From: Promethearchaeia archaeon
Lineage (GTDB): Archaea; Asgardarchaeota; Lokiarchaeia; Sigyniarchaeales; SOKP01
Length of the DNA: 32,000 bases
Assembly: GCA_046497275.1 (NCBI GenBank)
Contig: JAWOFX010000089.1
Location: forward strand, 1-32,000
Direction of reading: 5' to 3'
The notes below the pieces were generated by a model, which was given only the letters and a program-made list of their open reading frames with translations, made no database searches and was not told where the DNA came from. Below are positions 9,916-18,789 of this stretch, piece by piece; the stretch's first letter is position 1; the number at the start of each line of letters is the position of its first letter. The position numbers and the translations under genes were made by a program.

Positions 9916-10629
9916 CTAATTTCTTTTCATTATCGAATATAGAAAGGTATATAACCATATGGTTAGACATATATGGGCAATCCACTCACCGAAAACAAAC
10001 TCCACGTCTATAGAGACAAATATTATCATCGAAATGAAAATTATAATTGTAATATAAAAACCATATAATCCAATTATTTTATTTAGATTGAGTTCAAAAA
10101 ATAAAACTAATGAACCTATCAAGAATGCGGACAGATAGTATCCAACAAAAAGAAAAGATGCGAATAAAAAATGTATATTATCAGAATTTTGGTCTAAAGG
10201 AAATGTTCCTATCCCTATAAACCCAATATCTCCAAGTATTCCAGACAAAAGTATAATATATAAGATGATATTAAATATTTTTTGATGATCTGTCGTTTTA
10301 TTAAGTTTATATCTAATATAACGGAAGATGTAAAGAGATGTAGAAAAAGAGAGAATCCCAGAAAGGATACATCCAAAATTAAATATAAAAGGAGTGGGGG
10401 AATACTTACTGCTTCCCAAGTCGCTTATTAAATTATTAAAGGGGGAATAATTAAAATCACCAGTTAACCCAATAATAATGAGATTAGTAAAAAATCCTGT
10501 CCAATACGCAATAATCGCACAAAAAGTTATAATTCGTGCTTTTTTTCTTTGAGTCAAATTCTCAAATAAAAATAAAAATGAATTTTTTAACTGATAAAAA
10601 TCTGCCATCTGGATCTTTCTAATTATCAA
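9916..10629 (-). CDS. DUF998-like multi-pass membrane protein (paralogue of the neighbour)
   Basis: ISDLGSS..SP.PFIFNFGCILSG; GFIGIGTFP; IHFLFA; EWIAH helix. Confidence 0.72.
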   Translation of the reverse strand: MIIRKIQMADFYQLKNSFLFLFENLTQRKKARIITFCAIIAYWTGFFTNLIIIGLTGDFNYSPFNNLISDLGSSKYSPTPFIFNFGCILSGILSFSTSLYIFRYIRYKLNKTTDHQKIFNIILYIILLSGILGDIGFIGIGTFPLDQNSDNIHFLFASFLFVGYYLSAFLIGSLVLFFELNLNKIIGLYGFYITIIIFISMIIFVSIDVEFVFGEWIAHICLTIWLYTFLYSIMKRN

Positions 10630-10728
10630 TCTATGAATTTTATTATAAATTAAAAAGAATTTTTTTATTTTAATCTATCCAAAACATATCAAATTGCTAA
10701 ATTTTATAAATCAGATTATGGAAAAAGG

Positions 10729-10770
10729 ATGATTTATTTCATGTTTAAAATCAAAAAGGAAATAGATCAT
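10729..10770. terminator. Inverted repeat downstream of the Hdr cluster, possible terminator or stability hairpin
   Basis: ATGAT-T-TATTTC...GAAATA-G-ATCAT, 12-bp arms with one wobble/mismatch, about 20 nt past the mvhD(Cys) stop. Confidence 0.3.
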
Positions 10771-10791
10771 TATTTAATGATTCAAAAGGGA

Positions 10792-11229
10792 TTAATGAGA
10801 TCTAATCGGTCCTAATTCCTTTATTTTATTAGTAAACTCAGTAATTAAATCAGCAAACTTACGACCTTCAGATGCACTTACCCATTCAAGCCTTATACGC
10901 TCCGGATTAATTCCAATTTGCTTGATTATGACATCAAAAAGTCTCTTAAATCTATCTCTCGTATATTCATTACCAGAGATATAATGACAATCCCCAATAT
11001 GACATCCTGTTATTAGAACTCCATCAGCACCATCATTTATAGCTTTGAGAATAAAAGAAGGATCAACTCTCCCCGAACACATTACTCTAATGATTCTTAT
11101 ATTTGGAGGATATTGAAATCTTGAAACTCCAGCTAAATCTGCTCCAGCATAGCTACACCAATTGCAACAAAACACTAATAAAGTGGGTTCAAAATTAGAA
11201 TTCTTTCCTTTTTTTTGAGTTTTTGACAT
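10792..11229 (-). CDS. mvhD: MvhD/FlpD [2Fe-2S] subunit, cysteine form
   Basis: [49 protein letters not shown]. Confidence 0.96.
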   Translation of the reverse strand: MSKTQKKGKNSNFEPTLLVFCCNWCSYAGADLAGVSRFQYPPNIRIIRVMCSGRVDPSFILKAINDGADGVLITGCHIGDCHYISGNEYTRDRFKRLFDVIIKQIGINPERIRLEWVSASEGRKFADLITEFTNKIKELGPIRSH

Positions 11230-11233
11230 AATT

Positions 11234-14200
11234 TCACTCCGTATATGGTTTTTCTAATAAATAAGAATCTATCATAACTCCAATTTGTTTAAAATCGTAA
11301 TGCTTAACTGAAATCGCTCCAACTGGACAGGTTGCTGCACATGTTCCACATCCTTTACATAATGCAGAATTAACAGTAGATTTTTTAACCTTTATGCTAA
11401 TATCCTCAAATTCAAGGAGTGTCTCTTTCAATTCAATCGCATTATATGGACATACACTTTCACACTTTCCGCATCCGATACAGTCTTCTGTTTTTACTTC
11501 AGATATTAACCCAGATGTTTTTATTTCTCCTACACTTAAAAATCTACTGGCTCTCCCAGCAGCACCGTGAGCTTGAGATATTGAATCTTGAATATTTTTC
11601 GGCCATTGGGCACAACCACATAAGAATATTCCATCAGTGGCAAAATCTAACGGTCTTAGTTTCACATGAGCTTCTAAGAAGAAACCATTATGATCAAGTG
11701 GTACTTTAAGCATTTTTGCTAATTCATCAACATTATCAGCGGGGATTAGAGGAGTAGAAAGAACTATTAAATCAGAATTCAATGATATCTTTTCTTGTAA
11801 ATTTATATCAAATACATCAACTTGATAACTTTCTTTATCTTTGTTCTTTTTCGTAATTTTTGGAACCTTATCTAAACTATATTTTAGAAAGATGGCGTCC
11901 TTTCTATGAGCTCGATAAAAATCTTCAAATTCTTTTTTAGCCATTTGCATATCTCTATATAAAACTATGATTTCTAATTCTGGTTTTAATTCTTTTAAAA
12001 ATGCGACATTTTTTATAGAACTGCCACAGCATATGTTAGAACAATAAGAAAATCCTTCTTTTTGTCTAGAGTTTACACATAAAATGAATATTGCTCGATC
12101 TATTTTTTTTAGCCATTCAGCGTTTTTTTCCTTCAGTTTCCGCTCTAATTCTTTGAGTGTTATTACATTCTGGTTTTCTTTAGAATATTCGAAAATTCCA
12201 GTTGGTTTAAATTCTTGAGCACCAGTAGCAACAATTATCGTTCCAATTTTTAAGTCTTTAGGTTTCTCTTTTGAAGTAGAAATTGAGACTTCATAATTTC
12301 CAATATACCCTTTAATATTGTCTATTTTTGATTCTAGGTGTATATCAATATAATCATTATTTTTTATTTTTTCAATGTAATCGTTTAAGAAATCATCTGC
12401 TTTCATTTCATTAAGGTAGAGAATATTAAGATCCCGAACTAATCCTCCTAATTGCTTTTCTTTTTCAACTAAATGTACTTTAAAATTTTGATTAGCTAGA
12501 TCTAAAGCGGCAGTCATTCCAGAAATACCTCCACCAATAACCAATGCGATTGGTTCAACTTTCAAATTTTCCTCATCCTGTGGTTGCAAAAGTCTCGACT
12601 TAGAGACAGCCATCCTAATTAAATCCATTGCTTTTTGGGTTGCTGCCTCCTTTTCATTCATATGTACCCATGAACATTGATCTCTTATATTGACCATTTC
12701 AAAAAGATACTTATTTAAACCAGCTTCTAGACATGTCTCTTGAAATAATGATTCATGAGTTCTTGGAGTGCAAGAAGCTACAATAAATCGATTTAAATTA
12801 TTTTCTTTAATTAATTCTTTTATCCTTTCTTGAGAATCGCTTGAGCATGAATAAAGATTATCTTCACAGTGAATAACATTAGGTAATGTGCTAATATATT
12901 CAACTACTTTAGGTACATCTACATATTTTCCAATATTAATACCACAATGACAGATTAATACCCCAATTCTGGGTTGATCTGTAATTTTTACTTCTTTTTC
13001 AGGTGTTTCAATAACTTTTTCTTTTATTTGAGAAAACTTTTCAGAATTGAGGAGCATTGCGATTTGAGAAGCAACCCCACTAGCATTTGCGACTGTTTCA
13101 GGTATGTCCAAGGGTCCTTGACAAAATCCAGACAAAAATATTCCTTTACGAGTAGAAGCTGCTTTATTAAAATAAGAATCTTCTTTGAAGAAGTTATAAT
13201 CATCCAATTCAATATTTAAAATTTTTGCTAAATCCTTGCTACCTTTAGAAGGCACTAAGGGACTAGCCAAAACGACGAGTTCTGCTTCAAATTCTTCTAA
13301 TTTTCCCGTCATTAGATCTTCGTAGTGAATTAATAAATTATTAGTTTTAGGATCTTCAGTAATTTTACTTATTTTTGTTTGATAATACGTGACTCCATAT
13401 TCATCTTCCGCTCTTTGAGTAAATTCATAAAAATCTTTCCCATATGCTCGAAGATCATGCCGAAATACAAAACAATCAGAATTTTCAGAATGTTCCTTTG
13501 TAATTATTGCTTCTTTCGCCGTATACATGCAACACACACTTGAACAATATGGAACTCCTTCTTGAAGGTCTCGTGAACCCGCACATTGAATGAATGCTAT
13601 TTTTTTTGGTTCTTTCTCATCACTTGGTCTCAGCACATGACCACCAAATGGTCCTGATGCACATAAGATTCTTTCATACTCTAATGCGTTAATGACATTA
13701 TCAAATTGATATCCCCATCTTGTGGATAATTCTTCTCCATACATATCAAATCCAGTGGCTAAAACAATCGCACCAACATTTATCTCGAAATGTTCTGGTT
13801 TCTGCTCATAATCAATCGCCTCTGCTTTACAAACTTTACTGCATACTCCACATACATCTTTAGTCAATTTCAAACATAAATTAGGGTCAATAAGATAAAC
13901 TGGTGGAACTGCTTGAGGGAATGGAATATAAATTGACTTTCGCTTTCCTAAATTCATATCGAATGCATTTGGGACTTCAATCTTAGGACATTTTGCAGCA
14001 CAATCACCACATCCCTTACATTTTGTCTCATCGACATATCTTGGTTTCTTTAAAAGAGTTACCGTAAAATTACCCGCTTTTCCTGATACTTTTTCTACTT
14101 CATGATAAGTTAATAATTCTATATTGGGATTCCTAAAAACTTCCACCATTTTAGGTGCTAAAATACACAAAGAACAGTCATTTGTTGGGAAAGTCTTATC

Positions 14201-14332
14201 TAATTGCGCCATACGCCCTCCTATAGAAGGAGACTTCTCAACTAAATATACTTTAAATCCTAATTCTGTTAAATCTAATGATGTTTGAATTCCCGCTATA
14301 CCTCCTCCTATAACTACAACAGCTCCTTCTAT
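11234..14332 (-). CDS. hdrA: Large (~1030 aa) HdrA-like flavoprotein with two FAD-binding regions, cysteine form; start uncertain
   Basis: The frame stays open 40 codons upstream of the track ATG (14212) and encodes [21 protein letters not shown]...[27 protein letters not shown]. Also [31 protein letters not shown], a second GGGISG and C-terminal 2x[4Fe-4S]. The only candidate start is ATA at 14332. Confidence 0.9.
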   Translation of the reverse strand: MEGAVVVIGGGIAGIQTSLDLTELGFKVYLVEKSPSIGGRMAQLDKTFPTNDCSLCILAPKMVEVFRNPNIELLTYHEVEKVSGKAGNFTVTLLKKPRYVDETKCKGCGDCAAKCPKIEVPNAFDMNLGKRKSIYIPFPQAVPPVYLIDPNLCLKLTKDVCGVCSKVCKAEAIDYEQKPEHFEINVGAIVLATGFDMYGEELSTRWGYQFDNVINALEYERILCASGPFGGHVLRPSDEKEPKKIAFIQCAGSRDLQEGVPYCSSVCCMYTAKEAIITKEHSENSDCFVFRHDLRAYGKDFYEFTQRAEDEYGVTYYQTKISKITEDPKTNNLLIHYEDLMTGKLEEFEAELVVLASPLVPSKGSKDLAKILNIELDDYNFFKEDSYFNKAASTRKGIFLSGFCQGPLDIPETVANASGVASQIAMLLNSEKFSQIKEKVIETPEKEVKITDQPRIGVLICHCGINIGKYVDVPKVVEYISTLPNVIHCEDNLYSCSSDSQERIKELIKENNLNRFIVASCTPRTHESLFQETCLEAGLNKYLFEMVNIRDQCSWVHMNEKEAATQKAMDLIRMAVSKSRLLQPQDEENLKVEPIALVIGGGISGMTAALDLANQNFKVHLVEKEKQLGGLVRDLNILYLNEMKADDFLNDYIEKIKNNDYIDIHLESKIDNIKGYIGNYEVSISTSKEKPKDLKIGTIIVATGAQEFKPTGIFEYSKENQNVITLKELERKLKEKNAEWLKKIDRAIFILCVNSRQKEGFSYCSNICCGSSIKNVAFLKELKPELEIIVLYRDMQMAKKEFEDFYRAHRKDAIFLKYSLDKVPKITKKNKDKESYQVDVFDINLQEKISLNSDLIVLSTPLIPADNVDELAKMLKVPLDHNGFFLEAHVKLRPLDFATDGIFLCGCAQWPKNIQDSISQAHGAAGRASRFLSVGEIKTSGLISEVKTEDCIGCGKCESVCPYNAIELKETLLEFEDISIKVKKSTVNSALCKGCGTCAATCPVGAISVKHYDFKQIGVMIDSYLLEKPYTE

Positions 14333-15600
14333 TTTTCCTCACTTCCGCTTTTATTCTTTTTGTCAATTTGAACTAAATTAACAATAAAATCTGTAAAATC
14401 TAAAATTTCTATTGAAGAAATATCATCATAATCATTTTGGAGACAAGAAAAGTGCAAAATACATTTTGGGCAGGTGGTAACCATCATCTCACCAGCATCT
14501 TTTGCCTCTAAAAGACGTTTATATCTAAGAGCCTTGGATCTTTCATTACAATTCATCCAACTACTAACACCACAACATAAAGAATCGCTTTTATTATGTT
14601 TCATTTCAGCAAATTTATATCCTAATTTTTCCAAATAATAAAATATTTCCCTAACTTTTTCCATAATCTCGTTATTCTTCGGTAAAAATCTACTAATTCT
14701 ACAAGGATCATGGAATGTGAATGTTAATGGTTTATCTAAATCTTTATCTGATTTAAAAGAGATATCTCCCTTCTTCCATTTCTCATAAATATATTCAATA
14801 ATATGCTTTACTTCAAATCGCTCACTGAAACCATCAAATATATTCGGGTAATCGATCTTGAAGGTGCGATATCCTTCTGCGCAAGTAGTTATAATAGTTG
14901 AGATCCCAGCATTTTCAAAATTGTTTATGTTTTTCTTAGCTAATTTTATGAATTCCTCTATTTTCCCCTGACCCCAATATAAATCATGACCGCAACAATA
15001 TTCATTCTTAAGCACCACAATAGGACCCTCCTCAATCTTTGAAAGGATTTTTATAGCACTCACAGGAATACTATTTAATTCGTCAAATTCGAATTTAAAA
15101 AATGGAATACAACCTACATGGTACAGTATTTCACCTTTACTTGAAACTTCACAATCCTTTGGAATCCAACTTAAATCTCTATTAGGTTCAATGGACTCAT
15201 TTGAAGTTATCTCTGATATTAGAGTATATATTCCCTTATGGGCTATATAATCCTCGGGGGTTTGCTGATATTGATTAATCATTTTATATTTGGCCACCCT
15301 TACAACATCTGCAAAATTTATATCTTCTGGGCAGTTTTGAAGACAACTATTGCACATTAAACAATCCCAAAGAATACCGCTTTCTAGTATTTTATCTTCA
15401 AATCCTTCTAAAATCTTTTGAATTATTCTACTTGGACGGAAATTTTGAACTTTACTTATTTGACAAACTCCAGTACATCTCGCACATTGATAACATCTCT
15501 TTAATAAATTCCTCAATTTCGACTGATGTATTTCACGTATAGATTTGTTTTCCTTATATTTTCCCTCATCAAAATCTTGTTTTTTTTCTGTTTCTGTCAT
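14329..15600 (-). CDS. hdrD: HdrD/GlpC-like Fe-S oxidoreductase (2x[4Fe-4S] plus two CCG domains)
   Basis: CYQCARCTGVC, CLMCNSCLQNCP; YHVGC..CCGH..TTCAEG and FHDPC..CCGV..TTCPKC. Confidence 0.85.
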   Translation of the reverse strand: MTETEKKQDFDEGKYKENKSIREIHQSKLRNLLKRCYQCARCTGVCQISKVQNFRPSRIIQKILEGFEDKILESGILWDCLMCNSCLQNCPEDINFADVVRVAKYKMINQYQQTPEDYIAHKGIYTLISEITSNESIEPNRDLSWIPKDCEVSSKGEILYHVGCIPFFKFEFDELNSIPVSAIKILSKIEEGPIVVLKNEYCCGHDLYWGQGKIEEFIKLAKKNINNFENAGISTIITTCAEGYRTFKIDYPNIFDGFSERFEVKHIIEYIYEKWKKGDISFKSDKDLDKPLTFTFHDPCRISRFLPKNNEIMEKVREIFYYLEKLGYKFAEMKHNKSDSLCCGVSSWMNCNERSKALRYKRLLEAKDAGEMMVTTCPKCILHFSCLQNDYDDISSIEILDFTDFIVNLVQIDKKNKSGSEEK

Positions 15601-15620
15601 ATTCGTTTAACTCCTCACCT

Positions 15621-16730
15621 TCATAAGGTTTTCATAAATTCTTCTTTACGCTTAATTTTTTTCTGAGAATACTGAGAAAGCAAATTGTATATTCGTTGCT
15701 TTTCTTCTTTAGATAAATCTCTACATTTAATTAACCCAGCATCTATAACTTCTTGAAATAATTTTCTTCCTTTTTTTGTTCTAACTACCACCGTAGTAAA
15801 TTTTTCTGGAGAACCCAGTCCACCAAAAGAGATATCTGCATACATATTAGTAAAATCATTACATGCTTTACATGCAACCCGCATATACTTATTTAAATGG
15901 TTAAATGGTATATGAAATGTTTTTTTAGTTCCCGAACCATCATTCATGTAAAAAATTAAATCTTCTTTAATGTTGATTTTTTCAATATCTTTAAATTTAA
16001 TATTAAAGTCTTTCTCGAATTTATCTATTTCAGATTTATCAAAAAGAAAATTTTCATAACAGAATAATCCTAAGCATACTTCTACATTTTCGGAGGGAGT
16101 GACTCCTAAATCTTGCATACATCGAATTGTATATATCTGACATGGTGTTCCAACAACTGCTAACTTTTTAAATTTATAATGATTCAATTCGGGTATGGTG
16201 TGTGTATAAGTTGAGAATTTTTGTAATTCTTCTAAATGAGGAGAGACATCTAATTGTGTCCCTGAAGAATTTATCAACTCTTCTTTACTATTAGCATAAT
16301 TAGCTTCTCTTAGAAAAGGTTGTTCTGTTTTCGAAACTATTGACCCATTAATTTTATCATTTTTAATTAGAAAATTAATTATAGTATTAACAACCCCTCC
16401 ATCGGTGCCACATTTTAAAAAATCAGCATCATTAGATTGACAAGAATAAAGTTCCTGATAATACCCAATAGGCATGGATTTAAATCCTTCAAATTGGTAT
16501 TCGTTATCTAACTCTTCATCCAAAACATGAGTTTGAGGACAAATATAGTAACAAATTCCACATTCAAGACAATTGTCTTTATTTATATATTGTGGGGGTG
16601 AGTAAGGATCTATAAAATTAATAACGTCATAATCAGCGGCGCTACAAAAACTTACACAGCCTCCACATTCTTGACATATCCCTTTCTCATGAACTTCTTT
16701 AATTAAATCTTCGAAAGTTTTACCACTCAT
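15621..16730 (-). CDS. Coenzyme F420 hydrogenase/dehydrogenase beta subunit family (FrhB/FdhB) with N-terminal ferredoxin domain
   Basis: CQECGGCVSFC, CLECGICYYICP, DGGVVN, VVGTPCQ, GLFCYENF, CKACNDFT..YADISFGGLGS. Confidence 0.9.
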   Translation of the reverse strand: MSGKTFEDLIKEVHEKGICQECGGCVSFCSAADYDVINFIDPYSPPQYINKDNCLECGICYYICPQTHVLDEELDNEYQFEGFKSMPIGYYQELYSCQSNDADFLKCGTDGGVVNTIINFLIKNDKINGSIVSKTEQPFLREANYANSKEELINSSGTQLDVSPHLEELQKFSTYTHTIPELNHYKFKKLAVVGTPCQIYTIRCMQDLGVTPSENVEVCLGLFCYENFLFDKSEIDKFEKDFNIKFKDIEKINIKEDLIFYMNDGSGTKKTFHIPFNHLNKYMRVACKACNDFTNMYADISFGGLGSPEKFTTVVVRTKKGRKLFQEVIDAGLIKCRDLSKEEKQRIYNLLSQYSQKKIKRKEEFMKTL

Positions 16731-16738
16731 TTTTTTAC

Positions 16739-18241
16739 TTAGGTTTCTTTTAATTCAATAGATTTACATTTATTTCTTTTAATACCAGCAATTTTTTCCA
16801 CAAGGAATTGTCCAGGCTTTACTTCAGTTAATTTTTTGGATTCAAGTAAACCCTCTTCTATAGCTGCTTTATAAAGCTCTTCACCTTCCTGCGTTCTTGT
16901 TATTACTGAAGACCATCCTGCTTGTGAACCTATAGACCCGACTGAGATATCTGCATAATCTGAAGTTAGATCTTCACAATAATGACACGTATCTCTGGCA
17001 TAAGATTGAATTTCCTTTAGAGGTACGGTTAATTCTTCACCATTTTTTAAGTTGATGATAAATTTACCTTTATCAATATTCATCTTTACAACTTCATCGA
17101 TTTCTTTCTCAAATTTTTCCTTAACTAATTTGATAATGTTCTCATATGAAAAGGATTCCATACAAAATAAGCCAATTTTATATTTTATATTATTAAAAAA
17201 TGGGTGACCGCTTGGGAAAAAGGAGCCTTTTTCTATTGCCTTCATCATACATGGAACTCCAACGACAGCTATACTGTTAAAATCTTTAGCTTTATCCAAA
17301 ACGGATAATGATGCACAATTCGCATATTTAGTTCCTGCTGTTTTATATAGATCTTCCACATTATCAATAATAACCCCCTTTGGATTCCATAATTCATCAG
17401 AATGTTCAACAGCAACAATTGCATCAACTTTTTTACTATTCAAGAGATATTCCAATAATGAGGTGACCACTCCTCCATCTTGACAGACTTTTTTAATTTC
17501 ATCTGTCGATGTACTTCCACTATAGGTATTAATATAGGCACCTATTTTTTTTGAAAATTGTAAAGACTTATCAACTTTGCTAATACTTTCATAAAAACGA
17601 TCTATAGAAAAAGATCGAGGACATACGGAAAAACATAATCCGCATTTGAAACATTTTTCCTCATCTATCTCTAAATTATCTGAACTGACTGAAATAGCAT
17701 TTACAGGACAGATAGCAGAACACCAACCACAATTACAACAGACTCCATTTTCATAAACAAGAGATACAGGTTCAAAATAATGCTCCAAACTCTCGTTAAT
17801 CATATTCTTAACTTGATATCTGTAAATATATTCTTTTTGTTCAATCTCCTTCTCTTCTCCGTCAACTGTTTTTTTAATTACTTTTGTTTTCACTTCAACA
17901 ACTTCTTCTACATATCCTTGTTCTTTTAAATAAAAAATATCTCTAATTAGATTGATTGGATCTATCTCTTTGAATTTTTTAATAATTTTTTCTATAGTTA
18001 AAGGCTCCTTAAAGCTCTTTAGTTTTTTTAATACTAATTGTCTTTCGGTTTCAGCATCAATAAGAGCATCTAATATGTTATAAAATTCTTCTTCATTATA
18101 TTTTCCTACCTTTATTATATCTTCCTTAGCTTCAAAAAATGCTCTTACTTGAAAATTCTTAGAGGCTAAATAGGTAGCATCTAATAATTCATTTGGAGAA
18201 AATTTCTCAAGTTCTTTACTCTTCATTAACTGTCCCATCAT
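16739..18241 (-). CDS. FrhB/FdhB-family protein with ~150-aa N-terminal helical/winged-helix extension and ferredoxin domain
   Basis: CCNCGWCSAICP, CFKCGLCFSVCP, QDGGVVTSLL, VGVPC, GLFCMESF, CHYCEDLTSDYADISVGSIGS. Confidence 0.9.
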   Translation of the reverse strand: MMGQLMKSKELEKFSPNELLDATYLASKNFQVRAFFEAKEDIIKVGKYNEEEFYNILDALIDAETERQLVLKKLKSFKEPLTIEKIIKKFKEIDPINLIRDIFYLKEQGYVEEVVEVKTKVIKKTVDGEEKEIEQKEYIYRYQVKNMINESLEHYFEPVSLVYENGVCCNCGWCSAICPVNAISVSSDNLEIDEEKCFKCGLCFSVCPRSFSIDRFYESISKVDKSLQFSKKIGAYINTYSGSTSTDEIKKVCQDGGVVTSLLEYLLNSKKVDAIVAVEHSDELWNPKGVIIDNVEDLYKTAGTKYANCASLSVLDKAKDFNSIAVVGVPCMMKAIEKGSFFPSGHPFFNNIKYKIGLFCMESFSYENIIKLVKEKFEKEIDEVVKMNIDKGKFIINLKNGEELTVPLKEIQSYARDTCHYCEDLTSDYADISVGSIGSQAGWSSVITRTQEGEELYKAAIEEGLLESKKLTEVKPGQFLVEKIAGIKRNKCKSIELKET

Positions 18242-18259
18242 TTTTCTTTCTTATATTTT

Positions 18260-18267
18260 TTTAAAAA
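18260..18267 (-). promoter_or_regulatory. Possible internal TATA box (TTTTTAAA) for a leaderless transcript of the downstream FrhB-family gene
   Basis: Ends 18-19 nt before the ATG at 18241. The context is AT-rich, so a chance match is possible. Confidence 0.3.
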
Positions 18268-18279
18268 TTTTTAATCCTC

Positions 18280-18296
18280 CTCCCTTCGCAAGGGAG
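18280..18296 (-). other. GC-rich 7-bp hairpin directly 3' of the SECIS
   Basis: CUCCCUU-GCG-AAGGGAG on the minus strand, a perfect stem in an otherwise AT-rich spacer. Confidence 0.7.
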
Positions 18297-18331
18297 TCAA
18301 CTTATAACTATTATTTTTTTATAAGTCTCAT
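18297..18331 (-). promoter_or_regulatory. Eukaryote-type SECIS element (AUGA/GA core, 9-bp helix II, A-rich apical loop)
   Basis: AUGA-GACUUAUAA-AAAAAUAAUAG-UUAUAAGUU-GA, starting at the first base after the stop of a gene with in-frame UGA codons. Confidence 0.9.
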
Positions 18332-18787
18332 TCAATTGGAGGCTTTTGTTGGTTCTTTTTCTAAAATTTTGTTATTATTCTTATTGATTGGGTTATGTCC
18401 TTCCATTTTAACCTTTTCATATGCATCTTCAACGCTCTTTACGAATTTTTCCGCTTCTGCTGAACTTAACATATACATATTAACACGCATACTTCCAAGA
18501 CCTCTTCGCTCTAAAATTCTATTGGCCAATTCAACATGTCTTTGCGCGTTAAAATTGCCTGATTTAAATTGACACTCATTCGGACGTCATCCTACCACCA
18601 TAACTCCATCACACCCATTTTTAATGGCATAGAGGATATGTTTCACATCGATCCTTCCAGTACATCTAACTTTGACGATTTTAACTGAGGAAGTATATTT
18701 CATGCGAGATACTCCGGCTAAATCTGCGGCAGAATATCCTCATTTAAGACAGGCAAAACAGATTATATAATAATTATCTTCAGTCAT
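18332..18787 (-). CDS. mvhD: MvhD/VhuD selenoprotein, 151 aa, Sec at codons 16 and 67
   Basis: [28 protein letters not shown]...VRCTGRID...DGVMVVG-U-RPNECQF. TGA at 18740-18742 and 18587-18589 align to CNWC and GCH of the Cys paralogue. GGAGG SD precedes ATG 18787. Confidence 0.93.
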
Positions 18788-18789
18788 GT

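Noticed and set aside
18241-18787. Direct read-through fusion of mvhD(Sec) into the in-frame FrhB gene
   Set aside because: The frames match, but TAA, TAG and a further TAA lie in the spacer, so no continuous product is possible today.
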